64,000 nt of DNA, taken from NCBI GenBank assembly GCA_041665085.1, contig JBAYJO010000003.1:2131-66130 (forward strand), given 5' to 3'. Position 1 is the stretch's first letter; every line of letters starts with the position of its first letter. Below, in pieces: positions 47,519-56,885 of this stretch. The position numbers were made by a program, and so were the translations under genes. Source of the DNA: Patescibacteria group bacterium (GTDB taxonomy: Bacteria; Patescibacteriota; UBA1384; JBAYJO01). The notes under the pieces were generated by a model. That model searched no databases and was not told the DNA's origin. It worked only from the letters and a program-made list of their open reading frames with translations.

Positions 47519-50125
47519 ATGATAAATAACCAAACAATAAATTCAGGAGCAGCTGTTAGTTCTCAAAAGAGAACTATTTTAGATGTGATGCTTGAATGGA
47601 AAGTTGTTGATCAGAAAAAAGTTGAATTGATGTCTAATTTAACCAATAATCTGGATATTGAAAATTTTTTACTTGGTCATAAACTTACTGATCGAGTTGT
47701 AATAAATAGGGCATATGCGCATTTATTTAATTTACAATATATTAATTTGCAAGATCAGACAGTAGATTTGAAAGTAGTTAAACTGATAAAAGAAGAGTTT
47801 TGCCGAAAATATTTTTTATTGCCTTATAGCTATTATGTAAATTCAGTTACAAAGCGAAAAGTAATTAGAATTGCTCTTGGTATGCCCGGCATGCTAAGAG
47901 GTGGCAATGGCCAAAATAGTCCTGGTGTGATTAGTAACTTAAAAAAATCTCAAAATGCTGATATCGAAATGGTCATTGCAAGTCCTGATGAAATAATTTC
48001 AATTCTAAATGATGTTTATCAAAAAAATAATTTTGTAGTTGAAAAAAAAGTTGATTTAAAAAAAGTTACAGTTCCTGTCAATATACTTTCCAGATTTCCC
48101 GAAGAAGTTGCGCGAAAATATCGAATGGTTGTTTTTGAAAACTCAAATCCATTAAAAATTAATGTTGCAGCAGAAAATCCGAAAGATAAAAAAGTTATTG
48201 ATATTTTAAATTTTATAAAAAAAAGAAGTAAATTTGACATTGATTTATTTCGAACGGACAGAGATAGCATTGATCATGTTTTGATGCAATATAATCCGCA
48301 AGTCAAGGGTGATCTAAATTTAATCAAAGAAGACACTTTAAAAAATATTAATAGTGTTGCGCCTGGAAAAGCAGAAGAATTATTTTCGTCTTTTGGTTCT
48401 ATAGGTCAACCAAACAGCCAAGTTATTTTTCCAAAACCGCAAGTGGATAATATTCCGCTAAAACCTAATGCGAATCAAGATATTGATTCTAAAAAAAATA
48501 TTAAGACCAATGATTTTTGGTCAGATGATAAACCAGAATCAGCACAAAAAAATCAAACAAAAACTTCGCGTGATTTATTGTCGGTTGATCCGCATTTGAT
48601 TGAAATAGATAAAAATGCAAGCAAAAAGACAGTTGATGAGACAGAGACGTCAGAAGAAGAAAAACGACAAAAAGAGCTTGATAGATTTAATTCTTTAGGT
48701 GGCCAGCTTGTAAAATCTAATCAAGCAGCACAAAAAAATATTGTAAAGCCGGAAATGGCTGCTGCACCTACGCAGGATATGCAAAATGATGAATTAGTTG
48801 TTAAAGACGAACATGAAATGCAAGTTGCAGAAATGAAAAGTCTTGAAAAAGAGCTAACTTTAAGATCAGAATCTGATTTATCATCTGTTCTAAAAGAAGA
48901 GGTATCATCTGAAGATCAGCTTAAGAAGATTATTGATAGTGCAACCATACCAGTCATTGTTGCGGCAATGATAAATTTTGCTTTACACAAAAGAGCTTCG
49001 GATATTCATATTGAACCTACTGAAAAAGAAGTGAGACTTCGATTTAGAATTGACGGAATTTTATACGACATTATGAGTATGCCAAGATATTTTAGGAGCG
49101 CTTTGATCTCTAGAGTAAAAATTATGTCAAAGTTAAAAATTGATGAGCAAAGAGTTCCGCAAGATGGTAGATTTGATGTTGTTTTTAGCAAGCAAAAGAT
49201 TGATGTTCGTGTTTCTACCTTGCCAACAATTTTTGGGGAAAAGGTAGCAATGAGGCTTCTTGATAAATCTGCCGGACTTTATACTTTGGAAGAACTTGGA
49301 CTTTCCGGTTCGAATTTAAAAAGACTTGAGGAAAATATTTTAAAACCTTACGGAATTATCTTAGCAACCGGTCCGACTGGTTCAGGAAAATCTACAACTC
49401 TTTATGCGATTTTGAAAAGAATTTCCAATCCGTCGGTTAATATTATTACTCTTGAGGATCCAGTTGAATATGAAATACCCGGTGTGAATCAGTGTCTTGT
49501 TAAACCGAAAATTGGTTTTAGTTTTGCCGAGGGACTTAGATCGGTTTTAAGACAAGATCCAAATATTATTATGGTTGGTGAAATTCGTGATTCTGAAACT
49601 GCCAATTTAGGTGTTCAGGCTGCAATGACAGGACATTTAGTGCTTTCAAGTTTGCATACAAACAATGCTTCAGGTGCCATTCCGCGTTTGGTTAATATGA
49701 AGGTTGAACCGTTTTTAATTACCTCAACAGTTAGCGCAATTATTGCTCAAAGACTTGTGCGACGCATTTGCCAACATTGCAAGCAAGAAGTAAAATTACA
49801 TCAGGAAGTAGAAATGAAAGTTCGTTCTGCTTTGGAAAATTTACAGGGTACTGATAGCTTGCCAGCGAATTTAGAATATAAATTTTATCAAGGTAAAGGT
49901 TGCTCTGAATGTCATCTTGGTTATGCCGGCAGAATCGGTTTATATGAAATTATGGTTATGAGCGATGAGCTTGAAAAGTTGACTGTTCAAAATAGACCAA
50001 CAAGCGAGATTGAAGCGCAAGCTGTAAAAGAAGGTATGATCACAATGTTTCAAGACGGTTTAATTAAAGCAATGAAGGGGATTACAACGATTGATGAAGT
50101 ATTTAGAGAAACGAAATTAGATTAA
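47519..50125 (+). CDS. pilB: Type IV pilus assembly ATPase PilB (GspE family) with a long N-terminal extension.
   Basis: C-terminal 'ILATGPTGSGKSTTLYA', Asp box, His box, tetracysteine 'CQHC…C…CSEC'. About 450 aa of N-terminal N1/N2 plus a low-complexity acidic region. Confidence 0.85.
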   Translation: MINNQTINSGAAVSSQKRTILDVMLEWKVVDQKKVELMSNLTNNLDIENFLLGHKLTDRVVINRAYAHLFNLQYINLQDQTVDLKVVKLIKEEFCRKYFLLPYSYYVNSVTKRKVIRIALGMPGMLRGGNGQNSPGVISNLKKSQNADIEMVIASPDEIISILNDVYQKNNFVVEKKVDLKKVTVPVNILSRFPEEVARKYRMVVFENSNPLKINVAAENPKDKKVIDILNFIKKRSKFDIDLFRTDRDSIDHVLMQYNPQVKGDLNLIKEDTLKNINSVAPGKAEELFSSFGSIGQPNSQVIFPKPQVDNIPLKPNANQDIDSKKNIKTNDFWSDDKPESAQKNQTKTSRDLLSVDPHLIEIDKNASKKTVDETETSEEEKRQKELDRFNSLGGQLVKSNQAAQKNIVKPEMAAAPTQDMQNDELVVKDEHEMQVAEMKSLEKELTLRSESDLSSVLKEEVSSEDQLKKIIDSATIPVIVAAMINFALHKRASDIHIEPTEKEVRLRFRIDGILYDIMSMPRYFRSALISRVKIMSKLKIDEQRVPQDGRFDVVFSKQKIDVRVSTLPTIFGEKVAMRLLDKSAGLYTLEELGLSGSNLKRLEENILKPYGIILATGPTGSGKSTTLYAILKRISNPSVNIITLEDPVEYEIPGVNQCLVKPKIGFSFAEGLRSVLRQDPNIIMVGEIRDSETANLGVQAAMTGHLVLSSLHTNNASGAIPRLVNMKVEPFLITSTVSAIIAQRLVRRICQHCKQEVKLHQEVEMKVRSALENLQGTDSLPANLEYKFYQGKGCSECHLGYAGRIGLYEIMVMSDELEKLTVQNRPTSEIEAQAVKEGMITMFQDGLIKAMKGITTIDEVFRETKLD

Positions 50126-50160
50126 GATTTTTTCACATTTTACTAAATTAAGGAGGGTAT

Positions 50161-51225
50161 TTGCCGGTTTTATCTGAAAGAATGAAATCATTACTTGACC
50201 AAGTACTGACGCGAAATGCCAGCGATTTACATATGATGGTTGGAACAGCGCCTATTTTAAGGATAGATGGCAAATTAGCAACTATTCCGGATGAAGCGGT
50301 GCTTTCGGAAGCTGATTGCGAAGAACTGATTGGCAGTATGTTGCTAGAAACACATATGGAAATTTTAAAACATCGAAAAGAGTTGGATTTTTCATTTGGA
50401 TATAAAGATTTAAGATTTAGAACTAATGTTTATTATCAAAAAGGAACTCTTGCGGCTTCGCTTCGTTCTATTTCCAGTGTAATTAGAAGTTTTGCTGAAC
50501 TTGGACTCCCGCCGATAATTGAAAGATTTGCAACTAATTCCCAAGGTTTTGTTCTGATTACCGGTCCAACCGGACATGGGAAAACAACTACGCTTGCATC
50601 AATGATTGAGCATATTAATATTACTCGAAGTGAGCACATAGTTACAATTGAAGATCCGATTGAATATGTATTTAATAATAAAAAAAGTATTATCTCGCAA
50701 CGAGAGGTTGGTTCAGATACAAATACATTTGCTCGTGCTTTAAGGGCTTCGCTTCGTGAAGATCCGAATGTTGTTTTAATTGGTGAAATGAGAGATCTTG
50801 AAACAATCGAAACCGCGCTTACTATCGCTGAAACAGGACATTTGGTTTTTGCAACGCTTCATACCAATAGCGCTTCTCAAACTGCCGATCGAATTATTAA
50901 TGTTTTTCCTCCACACCAACAACAACAAGTCAGACAACAACTTGCATCGGTTCTTTTGGGTATTGTTTCACAAAGATTAATGCCTCGGGTGCAGGGTGGA
51001 AGAATTGTTGCTTCTGAAATAATGCTTGCATCAACTGCTGTTAGGAGTTTAATTCGCGAAGGTAAAACATATCAATTGCCTAATGTGATTCAAACTTCTG
51101 CTTCCGAAGGAATGATTAGTCTAGATAAGGTTTTGGCTGAACTTGTAAGTAAAGGTGAGATAACAATTGATGATGCTTTGACTTGGGCAACTGATCCAAA
51201 AGCATTTAAAATGATGATTTACTAG
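50161..51225 (+). CDS. pilT: Twitching-motility ATPase PilT.
   Basis: 'ASDLHMMVG', 'VLITGPTGHGKTTTLASM', 'VVLIGEMRDLETI', 'GHLVFATLHTN'. The TTG start at 50161 lies 3-4 nt after AAGGAGGG. An alternative ATG is at 50182. Confidence 0.85.
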   Translation: MPVLSERMKSLLDQVLTRNASDLHMMVGTAPILRIDGKLATIPDEAVLSEADCEELIGSMLLETHMEILKHRKELDFSFGYKDLRFRTNVYYQKGTLAASLRSISSVIRSFAELGLPPIIERFATNSQGFVLITGPTGHGKTTTLASMIEHINITRSEHIVTIEDPIEYVFNNKKSIISQREVGSDTNTFARALRASLREDPNVVLIGEMRDLETIETALTIAETGHLVFATLHTNSASQTADRIINVFPPHQQQQVRQQLASVLLGIVSQRLMPRVQGGRIVASEIMLASTAVRSLIREGKTYQLPNVIQTSASEGMISLDKVLAELVSKGEITIDDALTWATDPKAFKMMIY

Positions 51226-51283
51226 AGATAGCTAAAAACTTAAAACTGAAAGATTAAAATCACAACTTAAAATTTATATTAAA

Positions 51284-51646
51284 ATGATTAAAACAAATAC
51301 TGATTTAAAATCACGTTCATACAAATTCTCATTAGATATTATTAGTTTTATTCAAAATATATCAAATTCTAAAATAAGTTTAGTTTTGATAAATCAGCTA
51401 TTAAGGTCAGCTACTTCAATAGGTGCTAATATTTTTGAAGCAAAATCATCTTCATCAAAAAGAGATTTTATTAAGTTTTTTGAAATTTCATTAAAATCTG
51501 CTAATGAAACAGAATATTGGTTAAATTTATTCAAAGATAGTAGGATCAGTAGCGTCAAAGAGGTTGATATTTTACTTGATGAATTAGTTGAATTAAGCAA
51601 AATGATTGCCGCAAGTTTATTAACAATGAAAAACAAAAGGAATTAA
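51284..51646 (+). CDS. Four-helix-bundle protein ('23S rRNA intervening-sequence protein' family, homologous to the DGR Avd protein).
   Basis: 120 aa, 'SYKFSLDIISFIQNI…LINQLLRSATSIGANIFEAKSSSSKRDFIKFFEISLKSANETEYWL' matches the family pattern. Flanked by AT-rich (T)TAAAACT-type repeats. Confidence 0.65.
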   Translation: MIKTNTDLKSRSYKFSLDIISFIQNISNSKISLVLINQLLRSATSIGANIFEAKSSSSKRDFIKFFEISLKSANETEYWLNLFKDSRISSVKEVDILLDELVELSKMIAASLLTMKNKRN

Positions 51647-51649
51647 AAA

Positions 51650-51687
51650 GGATTTAAGTTTTAAACTGTGGATTTAAGTTTTAAACT
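51650..51687. repeat. Tandem direct repeat 2 x 'ggatttaagttttaaact', followed by 'ttaaacttta aactttaaat'.
   Basis: Read directly. Sits between the four-helix-bundle gene and pilC. Confidence 0.6.
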
Positions 51688-51708
51688 TTAAACTTTAAAT
51701 TAAAAACA

Positions 51709-52779
51709 ATGGATAATATAATTCATTACATAAATAAATACATTAAGCATGTGAGCGTTAAGGAAAAGGCGTTTTTTTCTCGTCAGTTGGCAACCATGCT
51801 TAGCTCTGGCTTGCCATTGACCCAGTCGCTATATATTTTAGCTGTTCAGAGTACCAATGAATATTTTAAAAGTATTTTAAATGATGTGATTTTTGATCTT
51901 GAGGCTGGATATAATTTTCACAATGCTCTTTCAAAACACCCTAAAGTATTTAATAAAGTTTTTGTCAGTCTTGTTAAGGCAGGCGAATCATCCGGTAAAT
52001 TAGAGCAAATTTTAGATGATTTAGCTACGCAAATTGAAAATGACGCTGCTTTTTCATCAAAAATAAAAGCTGCTTTGCTTTATCCGGTTTTTATTTTAGT
52101 TGTATTAATTGGAGTTTCTGTAATGATGATGGTTAAGGTTATTCCTCAACTCGAGGATGTTTTTAAAGAATCCAATGCCAAATTACCATGGATTACTACA
52201 ACTTTAATGTCCATGAGTCGTTTTATGGTTCATTATTGGTGGATTTGTATTTTTGCAATTGTAGGCTTGGTTATTTTGGTTCGAGTTTTGCTTAAAACAG
52301 ATGGTTTTGAATATTTTTGGAATAAATTTAAAATTAAAGGTCCGATTATTGGAAAAATTGTTACCGGTATTTATATGCATAGATTTACCAATACTTTAAG
52401 TTTACTTACATCATCAGGAATTCCAATTATTGAATCTTTGGATATTGTGGGCGATGTGATGAATAATCGCATTTATATTGAAGAGCTGCAAAATGTGGCT
52501 GTTCAAGTAGAGCGAGGTGTTCCGATATCTGTGCCTTTAAGTAAAAATTCAAATTTTCCGCTCATTGTTTCGCAGATGATTATGGTGGGGGAACAAACTG
52601 GAAAATTAGATAAAGTGCTAAAGGGGCTTGCAAAATATTATTATGAAGAAACCGATAATAAGATCAAAGGTATTTCGAGTCTTTTTGAGCCGGTTATGAT
52701 TGTTTTTATTGGTGGAGGAGTAGCATTTTTGGTTTTTGCGATTTTAATGCCGATATACAACCTAGCCCAGATTCAGTAA
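51709..52779 (+). CDS. pilC: Type IV pilus inner-membrane platform protein PilC (GspF family).
   Basis: Two GspF repeats ('FSRQLATMLSSGLPLTQSL' and 'FTNTLSLLTSSGIPIIESL') and 3 TM. Confidence 0.85.
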   Translation: MDNIIHYINKYIKHVSVKEKAFFSRQLATMLSSGLPLTQSLYILAVQSTNEYFKSILNDVIFDLEAGYNFHNALSKHPKVFNKVFVSLVKAGESSGKLEQILDDLATQIENDAAFSSKIKAALLYPVFILVVLIGVSVMMMVKVIPQLEDVFKESNAKLPWITTTLMSMSRFMVHYWWICIFAIVGLVILVRVLLKTDGFEYFWNKFKIKGPIIGKIVTGIYMHRFTNTLSLLTSSGIPIIESLDIVGDVMNNRIYIEELQNVAVQVERGVPISVPLSKNSNFPLIVSQMIMVGEQTGKLDKVLKGLAKYYYEETDNKIKGISSLFEPVMIVFIGGGVAFLVFAILMPIYNLAQIQ

Positions 52780-52848
52780 ATAGTATTGAGTATTTAGTAT
52801 TGGGTATTGAGTATAAAAAATAATTTGTAAAGCTTAAAGTCAAACTTT

Positions 52849-53000
52849 GTCATTGCGAGGTGTTTCCCTTTCCGTCATTGCGCCTGCCCGCCTTGGGAGG
52901 GAGGTCATCCGAAGCAATCTATCATATACAGATCGCCACAGCGCTGACGCTTCGCGATGACTACTTCTGTCATTCCAGCGTAGGCTGGAATCCAGAAGCA
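52849..53000. repeat. Composite palindromic repeat, copy A of a ~150-bp direct repeat.
   Basis: 'gtcattgcgaggtgtttccctttccgtcattgcgcctgcccgccttgggagggaggtcatccgaagcaatctatcatatacagatcgccacagcgctgacgcttcgcgatgactacttctgtcattccagcgtaggctggaatccagaagca'. Confidence 0.8.
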
Positions 53001-53035
53001 TTGATTTTGCAAAGAAATAAAATTAAACTTAAAGT

Positions 53036-53446
53036 ATGAAGAAAAAAGATTTTACAATTGATGATTTAGCAGTTATGGTGCAAAGTGGTTTTTTGGAGTT
53101 AAGAGATGAGATGCATGACGGATTTAATTCCCTTGATAAGAAAATTGACAATGAAGTGGGTAATCTTAGATCTGAAATGCAAGAAGGTTTTAATGAGGCT
53201 AGTAAGGAATTGCATAATGAAATAGACAAATTAAGAACCGAGATGCACGATGAGTTTAGGCGAGTTCACGAAGAGATAAGTGTATTAAAAGAGAGAATCG
53301 AATCCTTGGAAAACAGAATTAAGGATGATTTTAGTGTTTATGATGATGAAATAAGCGAGTTTCGTCGAAGAATCGATATGTTGGAAAAAGAGGTTGCAAG
53401 ATTAAAAAAGGATAATCCGTACATTCCAAAAAGGACTGTCCTTTAA
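53036..53446 (+). CDS. Coiled-coil protein (136 aa) with an N-terminal 'TIDDLAVMVQSGFLEL' motif. Paralog of 54522-54869.
   Basis: Repetitive 'LR.EM.EGF.E' heptad-like units. RBS absent or weak. Bracketed by the direct repeats. Confidence 0.55.
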   Translation: MKKKDFTIDDLAVMVQSGFLELRDEMHDGFNSLDKKIDNEVGNLRSEMQEGFNEASKELHNEIDKLRTEMHDEFRRVHEEISVLKERIESLENRIKDDFSVYDDEISEFRRRIDMLEKEVARLKKDNPYIPKRTVL

Positions 53447-53450
53447 ATAA

Positions 53451-53651
53451 GTCATTGCGAGGTTGTTTCCCATTGGTCGCTTTGGAAACAGGCTCTGTCA
53501 TTGCGAGGTGTTTCCCTTTCCGTCATTGCGCCTGCCCGCCTTGGGAGGGAGGTCATCCGAAGCAATCTATTATCATATACAGATCGCCACAGCGCTGACG
53601 CTTCGCGATGACTACCTCTGTCATTCTAGCGCAGGCTAGAATCCAGAAGCA
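53451..53651. repeat. Composite palindromic repeat, copy B. About 97% identical to copy A over ~150 bp, plus an extra 5' module.
   Basis: Nucleotides 53498-53651 align with 52849-53000 with ~5 mismatches and 1 indel. The extra 'gtcattgcgaggttgtttcccattggtcgctttggaaacaggctc' hairpin module sits at the 5' end. Confidence 0.8.
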
Positions 53652-53796
53652 ATCCCACGAGTTATCCCCAGTTTTGATTATGTCTGAAAGATAGTATTAT
53701 ATAGATAATAAATATTAATTATATCCTTTGTTTGAGTAGGTCGATCAGGGGATAGTATGTTTATTAAGTCGATTATTCATATTAAGGAGGTTTAAA

Positions 53797-54309
53797 ATGA
53801 GAAAAATTAAAGGTTTCACACTTATTGAACTTTTGGTTGTGATTGCCATTATTGGTATTCTAGCAGCCATGATTTTGGTAGCTCTTGGTGGCGCACGAGC
53901 CAAAGCACGAGATGCCACGAGAAAGTCAGATTTAAGATCGGTAAAGACAGCTTTAGAAATGTTTGCTACAGATGATCCAGCAGGTAAGTATTCAACAGCA
54001 ACTGTTAATATAACAAGTAGCTTTTTGGTATCAGGTGGATATATGAAAGTTGCGCCTACTGAGAAAAAATGGACTACATCACTATATGCTTATCTTACCG
54101 ATGCTAGCGCGTCTAACTATGTTCTTGCTGCTTTATTGGAAAATCAATCAGATCCTGGAATAAATGGTGTATTAAATACATTGCCTACTGGTTCTACTTG
54201 GATAGCTGCAACCCCAACAGCTATTGCAGCATCAACTAACACAAATTGGAGTGACAAAACAGAAGCTCCTGCAGACGGAAATTATAATTATTATTTAGGT
54301 AATAATTAA
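53797..54309 (+). CDS. pilA: Type IVa major pilin (PilA-like).
   Basis: Class III signal '[24 protein letters not shown]' with Gly(-1)/Phe(+1)/Glu(+5). RBS AAGGAGG. Confidence 0.85.
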   Translation: MRKIKGFTLIELLVVIAIIGILAAMILVALGGARAKARDATRKSDLRSVKTALEMFATDDPAGKYSTATVNITSSFLVSGGYMKVAPTEKKWTTSLYAYLTDASASNYVLAALLENQSDPGINGVLNTLPTGSTWIAATPTAIAASTNTNWSDKTEAPADGNYNYYLGNN

Positions 54310-54400
54310 TAGTATTTTAAGCTAAAGCTATATAAGAATACCTTGTCTTGCTGATGAGGTATTTTTATATTTATACTTAGAGGTAGAGGACGCATCACTT

Positions 54401-54424
54401 CTGCCTGCCGTCAGGCAGGTTTTA
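54401..54424 (+). terminator. Intrinsic terminator after the major pilin gene.
   Basis: 'ctgcctgcc gtc aggcaggt' plus TTTT. An additional AT-rich hairpin plus T-run lies 40 nt upstream. Confidence 0.65.
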
Positions 54425-54521
54425 ACCTGTTATATTCCATAAGCTATTAGATATTGTTTTATTGTCTTTTTAAATAAATAATTGTTGCTATAATATAGAT
54501 AAGAAGTAAAAAAGGAGAAGG

Positions 54522-54869
54522 GTGGCAAAAACAACAATTGATGATTTGGCAATAATGGTTCAGAAAGGTTTTCTGGAGATAAACGATAGGTTTAATGATT
54601 TTGATGAAAGGTTCAATCAGGTTGATGCAAGATTTGATCGCATTGAAGCTCGTCTTGATCGTGTGGAAAAACGCCTTGATCATATCGAAGCTCGTCTTGA
54701 TTTGATTGAAACCGATGTTGCAATTATCAAAAAAGATGTTGCTAGTATAAAAACTCGTCTTGATGCGACGGGTCAAAGAGATTCCGAAGACATTGAAGTT
54801 TTGTCAAGAGATATGCAGAAAGCGGAGCTTCGTTTAGATAAACTGGAAAAGCAGTGTTATGGCAAATGA
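54522..54869 (+). CDS. Coiled-coil protein (115 aa), paralog of 53036-53446. GTG start. The 3' end overlaps pilD by 11 nt.
   Basis: 'TIDDLAIMVQKGFLEI' then 11-residue repeats 'ARFDRIEARLDRVEKRLDHIEARLDLIETD'. RBS AAGGAGAAGG. Confidence 0.6.
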   Translation: MAKTTIDDLAIMVQKGFLEINDRFNDFDERFNQVDARFDRIEARLDRVEKRLDHIEARLDLIETDVAIIKKDVASIKTRLDATGQRDSEDIEVLSRDMQKAELRLDKLEKQCYGK

Positions 54870-55632
54870 TATTTTTTTCAATTTAATAATATTTATCTTC
54901 GGGCTCTGTATCGGGTCGTTTTTAAATGTGGTAGCTTTGAGATTTCCGGAATTTGTCTCGATTGCAACTACCCGAAGCCACTGTCCTTCATGCAAGAAAA
55001 ATCTCAAATGGTATGATCTTTTTCCTTTGTTCAGTTTTTTGTTTTTATGGGGTAAATGTCGATATTGCAAAGTTAAAATATCATGGCAATATCCTTTGGT
55101 TGAACTAGCGACCGGAATAATTACACTTGGCGTAATATATTTTTTCGGATTTACTTTTCAAAGCATTATTTTAATTCTTTTTTCTTGGATTTTGATAATA
55201 ATTTCAATTTTTGATTTGGAATCAATGGAGATTCCCGAATTTTTTCTGCGCATGGGGATAATATTTGCATTAATTTATCTTGTCTTTGGTTATTTTAATT
55301 TTGGTTATAATACGGATTTGTTATCTGCCATATATGGCGTATTGGTTTTTGCCGGCGTGCCGCTATTTATTTATCTTATTACAAAAGGCAAGGGGATGGG
55401 GGAAGGGGATTGGAAAATTGGATTTTCTCTTGGTTTGATTTTGGGTTTTCCACAGGCAGTTGTTGGATTTATTTTTTCAGTAGTTATCGGATCTTCGGTC
55501 GGCTTGATTTTAATAGCTTTAAAAATAAAATCTTTAAAAAGCGCTATCCCATTTGGTCCCTTTCTTGTGTTGGGATTTTTTATTGCATTATTTTGGGGAG
55601 AATATTTATGGCGGGTGTATTTCGGTTTATGA
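54859..55632 (+). CDS. pilD: Prepilin peptidase PilD (A24 family).
   Basis: N-terminal CxxC…CxxC ('CPSCKK…CRYCK'), catalytic Asp regions ('IFDLE', 'GMGEGDWK'), 8 TM. Confidence 0.85.
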   Translation: MANDIFFNLIIFIFGLCIGSFLNVVALRFPEFVSIATTRSHCPSCKKNLKWYDLFPLFSFLFLWGKCRYCKVKISWQYPLVELATGIITLGVIYFFGFTFQSIILILFSWILIIISIFDLESMEIPEFFLRMGIIFALIYLVFGYFNFGYNTDLLSAIYGVLVFAGVPLFIYLITKGKGMGEGDWKIGFSLGLILGFPQAVVGFIFSVVIGSSVGLILIALKIKSLKSAIPFGPFLVLGFFIALFWGEYLWRVYFGL

Positions 55633-55729
55633 TATAATAAGAATAAGTTGAAAGTTCGTAAAGCGCCTCATCGGCGCTCGCCGTAGAGGCGAGTTTATAA
55701 AATTTAAGATTTATAAATAGCGAGGGAAA

Positions 55730-56224
55730 ATGATTTTTAATTATAAAAAAAGAGCTTTTACATTAATTGAGCTTTTGGTTGTAATTGCAATTATAGGTAT
55801 TTTAGTTGCTTTGGCAACATTTAGTTATACAAGAGTAAGAAAACAAGCGCGTGATGTGAAAAGAAAAGAAGATATTGCGGCTATTGCCGGAGCATTGCAA
55901 CTTTATTATCAGGATAATTATAAGTATGTAAACATGTCTGGTAGTGTAACTGTGTTTACTTCTACTGCTACGACTTTGGGTGAGTTATCAACAGGAAAAT
56001 ATATTGATCTTCCATCAGCTGCTATGGATTCTTATCCTTATGAATATTGCACAGTCGAAGGTTATAACTACGCGTTAAGAGCAAAATTAGAAATTACAAA
56101 AGAAAGTGTTTTAGAAGAAAGTGGCGGTCTGTGTTCAATCCCGGGTTATTATATTTCCGGTGAATATATCGATGATAATGGTTTAGGAGATAGTTATACC
56201 TCGAAAAGTACCGGATTTGAATAA
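55730..56224 (+). CDS. Type IV pilin-like protein.
   Basis: '[23 protein letters not shown]' prepilin signal. Confidence 0.8.
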   Translation: MIFNYKKRAFTLIELLVVIAIIGILVALATFSYTRVRKQARDVKRKEDIAAIAGALQLYYQDNYKYVNMSGSVTVFTSTATTLGELSTGKYIDLPSAAMDSYPYEYCTVEGYNYALRAKLEITKESVLEESGGLCSIPGYYISGEYIDDNGLGDSYTSKSTGFE

Positions 56225-56236
56225 ATAAGGAGAGAT

Positions 56237-56866
56237 TTGAAAAAAGGCTTTACTTTAATTGAACTTTTAGTAGTTATGGTAATTATTAGTGTTTTGATTT
56301 CTATTTCCATTGCCAGCATTACAAAATCGCAAAAAAACAGCCGCGATACACGAAGAAAAGCGGATATTGGCATTATTCAATCAGCTCTTGAGTCTTTTTA
56401 TAATCAGAACAAAACATATCCAGATACATCAGGAAAAAAATGTGGTGGTACTGTAAATGATTGGGAGTGTGATTATACAACATCAAACCCTGTTTGGATT
56501 TCTGGTTTAACTGGTGTTGTGGATAAAATTGGCAAAGATCCTAAACCAGTTGATTCCGATTATCCATCAACTGCAAATGGACCGCTTGCTGCTAGTGAAT
56601 TTGGTGTAAACTATTACGGGTATCGTTCTGTGAATTATTCATCAGCGTGTGTTTCTCCGGTCAGCGCTTGTCCGTACAAAGATATTTGTATTAATCCTTA
56701 TGCGCAAGGTAAATATTATATTTTAACAGCAGTTTTAGAAAACAATAATGACATCGAAACAATTGGTAACAGCGCTGTTCCGAAATATTTTCTAAATTGC
56801 GACAACATGAAAAGTTTGACCACTGTTTATAACAAAAACGCTTATGTTAAAATTAATGCTTTTTAA
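56237..56866 (+). CDS. Type IV pilin-like protein (TTG start).
   Basis: '[22 protein letters not shown]'. RBS AAGGAGAG 5 nt upstream of TTG. Shares its C-terminal 'YVKINAF' with the next pilin. Confidence 0.75.
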   Translation: MKKGFTLIELLVVMVIISVLISISIASITKSQKNSRDTRRKADIGIIQSALESFYNQNKTYPDTSGKKCGGTVNDWECDYTTSNPVWISGLTGVVDKIGKDPKPVDSDYPSTANGPLAASEFGVNYYGYRSVNYSSACVSPVSACPYKDICINPYAQGKYYILTAVLENNNDIETIGNSAVPKYFLNCDNMKSLTTVYNKNAYVKINAF

Positions 56867-56885
56867 AGACATTTGGAGGATAAAA

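Noticed and set aside
51284-51646. Calling a diversity-generating retroelement on the basis of the Avd-like gene.
   Set aside because: No reverse transcriptase and no template/variable repeat pair is visible in this window. Only the Avd-like ORF and short AT-rich tandem repeats are present.
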